DNA of 64,000 nucleotides from Euprymna scolopes. Taxonomy: Eukaryota. Where the stretch lies: assembly GCA_053919585.1 (NCBI GenBank), contig CM132785.1. One strand, 5' to 3'. The notes beneath the pieces are model-generated. The model did not search any database. It had not been told where the DNA came from and was given only the letters and a program-made list of their open reading frames with translations. The position numbers and the translations under genes were made by a program. Positions 62,722-64,000 of this stretch are shown piece by piece; the stretch's first letter is position 1, and every line of letters begins with the position of its first letter.

Positions 62722-64000
62722 TTTTCTTTTGTTTTGAAGTCGTACATTTATGTAAGCTATTATTTTTATGATCTACTTGGTTATACTGCTATGTCGTCAT
62801 CATTTTAGTTTAAACTTAAGTGTTGATAGGTTTATACTGTGTCTGATAGTTGTCCGAATAATGATGGTAATAAAACTAGTGTGAATGAGAACACACGTCC
62901 TAAAAAGCACACAGTTCTACATATGATCTTAAAGTTCATCTAATGATCCTATTTTACCCACAACTGGAGGTGCAAATGGGTGTTTGTAATTAATATTTCA
63001 CTGCAATATATTATGGCATAGTTGAATACAATAGATTTGATGAGATTTTAATTCAGCTTGAATAATTTGATGGACCGCAAATCGTATCTATTACAGCAAT
63101 CATGCATCCTTGTTTGTGGGTAATGAATGACTTCAGTTAATGAGAATGGCATACAATTCTAAGTAAATTGCATAAAATTTGTGCAATGTAAAAATATGTG
63201 TTTATGTGTGTGAAAATGATCTGTCATTTAGGTTTTGAATCTCTGGGTTGATTCGCTTATGTCTAGACACACTGATGAATCATGAAATGAAACAGATGTC
63301 AATGGATGACTTTGCTTTATATATATATATATATAATGTATCTCCCCTCCGGGTGGAGCACTCTGGTAGAAGAAATAATGGTTTCCACTTAATGTAATGC
63401 AATACTTTTTGTAAAAAAAAAAATTCAGTTTTCTAAGTTACCAGTGTCATAAATTTGTAAACAAATGAATAAATTAATTTAAGCAATATAATTTCCTCTA
63501 CATCTAATTAGTTTTGAATCTTGAAGTTGATTTATTTGCTACATCTAGTCACACTGATGAGTCGTAAAATAACAAAACATCCCAGAATTGGTCACACACA
63601 CATTATATAAAACTAGCAAGGAAACTTTACATTGCCCAAGATTGAATGAGGATCAATGTATATTCCACACTTCCAATACTTTTATTGTCATTGAAATCTG
63701 TGAAATTGCCCACTTTTCAGCCAAATCAATTGTTTGCTCTCGTCAAGGGACCCATCGCAGTACACTGGGAAGAAGATTTACATGCCTCCTCTGCAGTGAC
63801 TTAGTCTAAAATACATTGTAATCTACATTGTACTGTAGAGAACCTATTGTTTTTATAAAAGTATTTAATTGCTTGAAGTAAAGTTTCATATGCAAAAGTC
63901 AAGTATCATGGTTTAATTATGCTCTAGGCAGAAACATTCATTTCAAACACCCCTCCTCTCTTATCAAAGAACCTACTGTTGATTTTATATGCTAGACCCA

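Overview
AT-rich animal genomic DNA. The repeat types recall cephalopod/invertebrate genomes, which is an inference only. The one clear host gene is the first coding exon of STK11/LKB1 (11794-12452, +), just after a 139-N gap. I could not find exon 2, so the remaining ~51 kb appears to be one TE-filled intron. It holds an hAT-like element with 7-bp TSD, mariners, CR1- and RTE-type LINEs, many non-autonomous Helitrons and DINE/HINE-like elements, a 3-kb minisatellite and several near-perfect hairpins. Upstream lies the most unusual object: a Helentron-like rolling-circle element (from ~1414 to at least 9091) with no recognisable Rep. Its broken PIF1 helicase is fused to an uninterrupted USP/C19 deubiquitinase domain where Helentrons normally carry an AP endonuclease. 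Other highlights are a young CR1-type LINE with a clear twin-priming 5' inversion, and two candidate minus-strand promoters/first exons divergent from STK11, both carrying MiT/TFE-type E-boxes.
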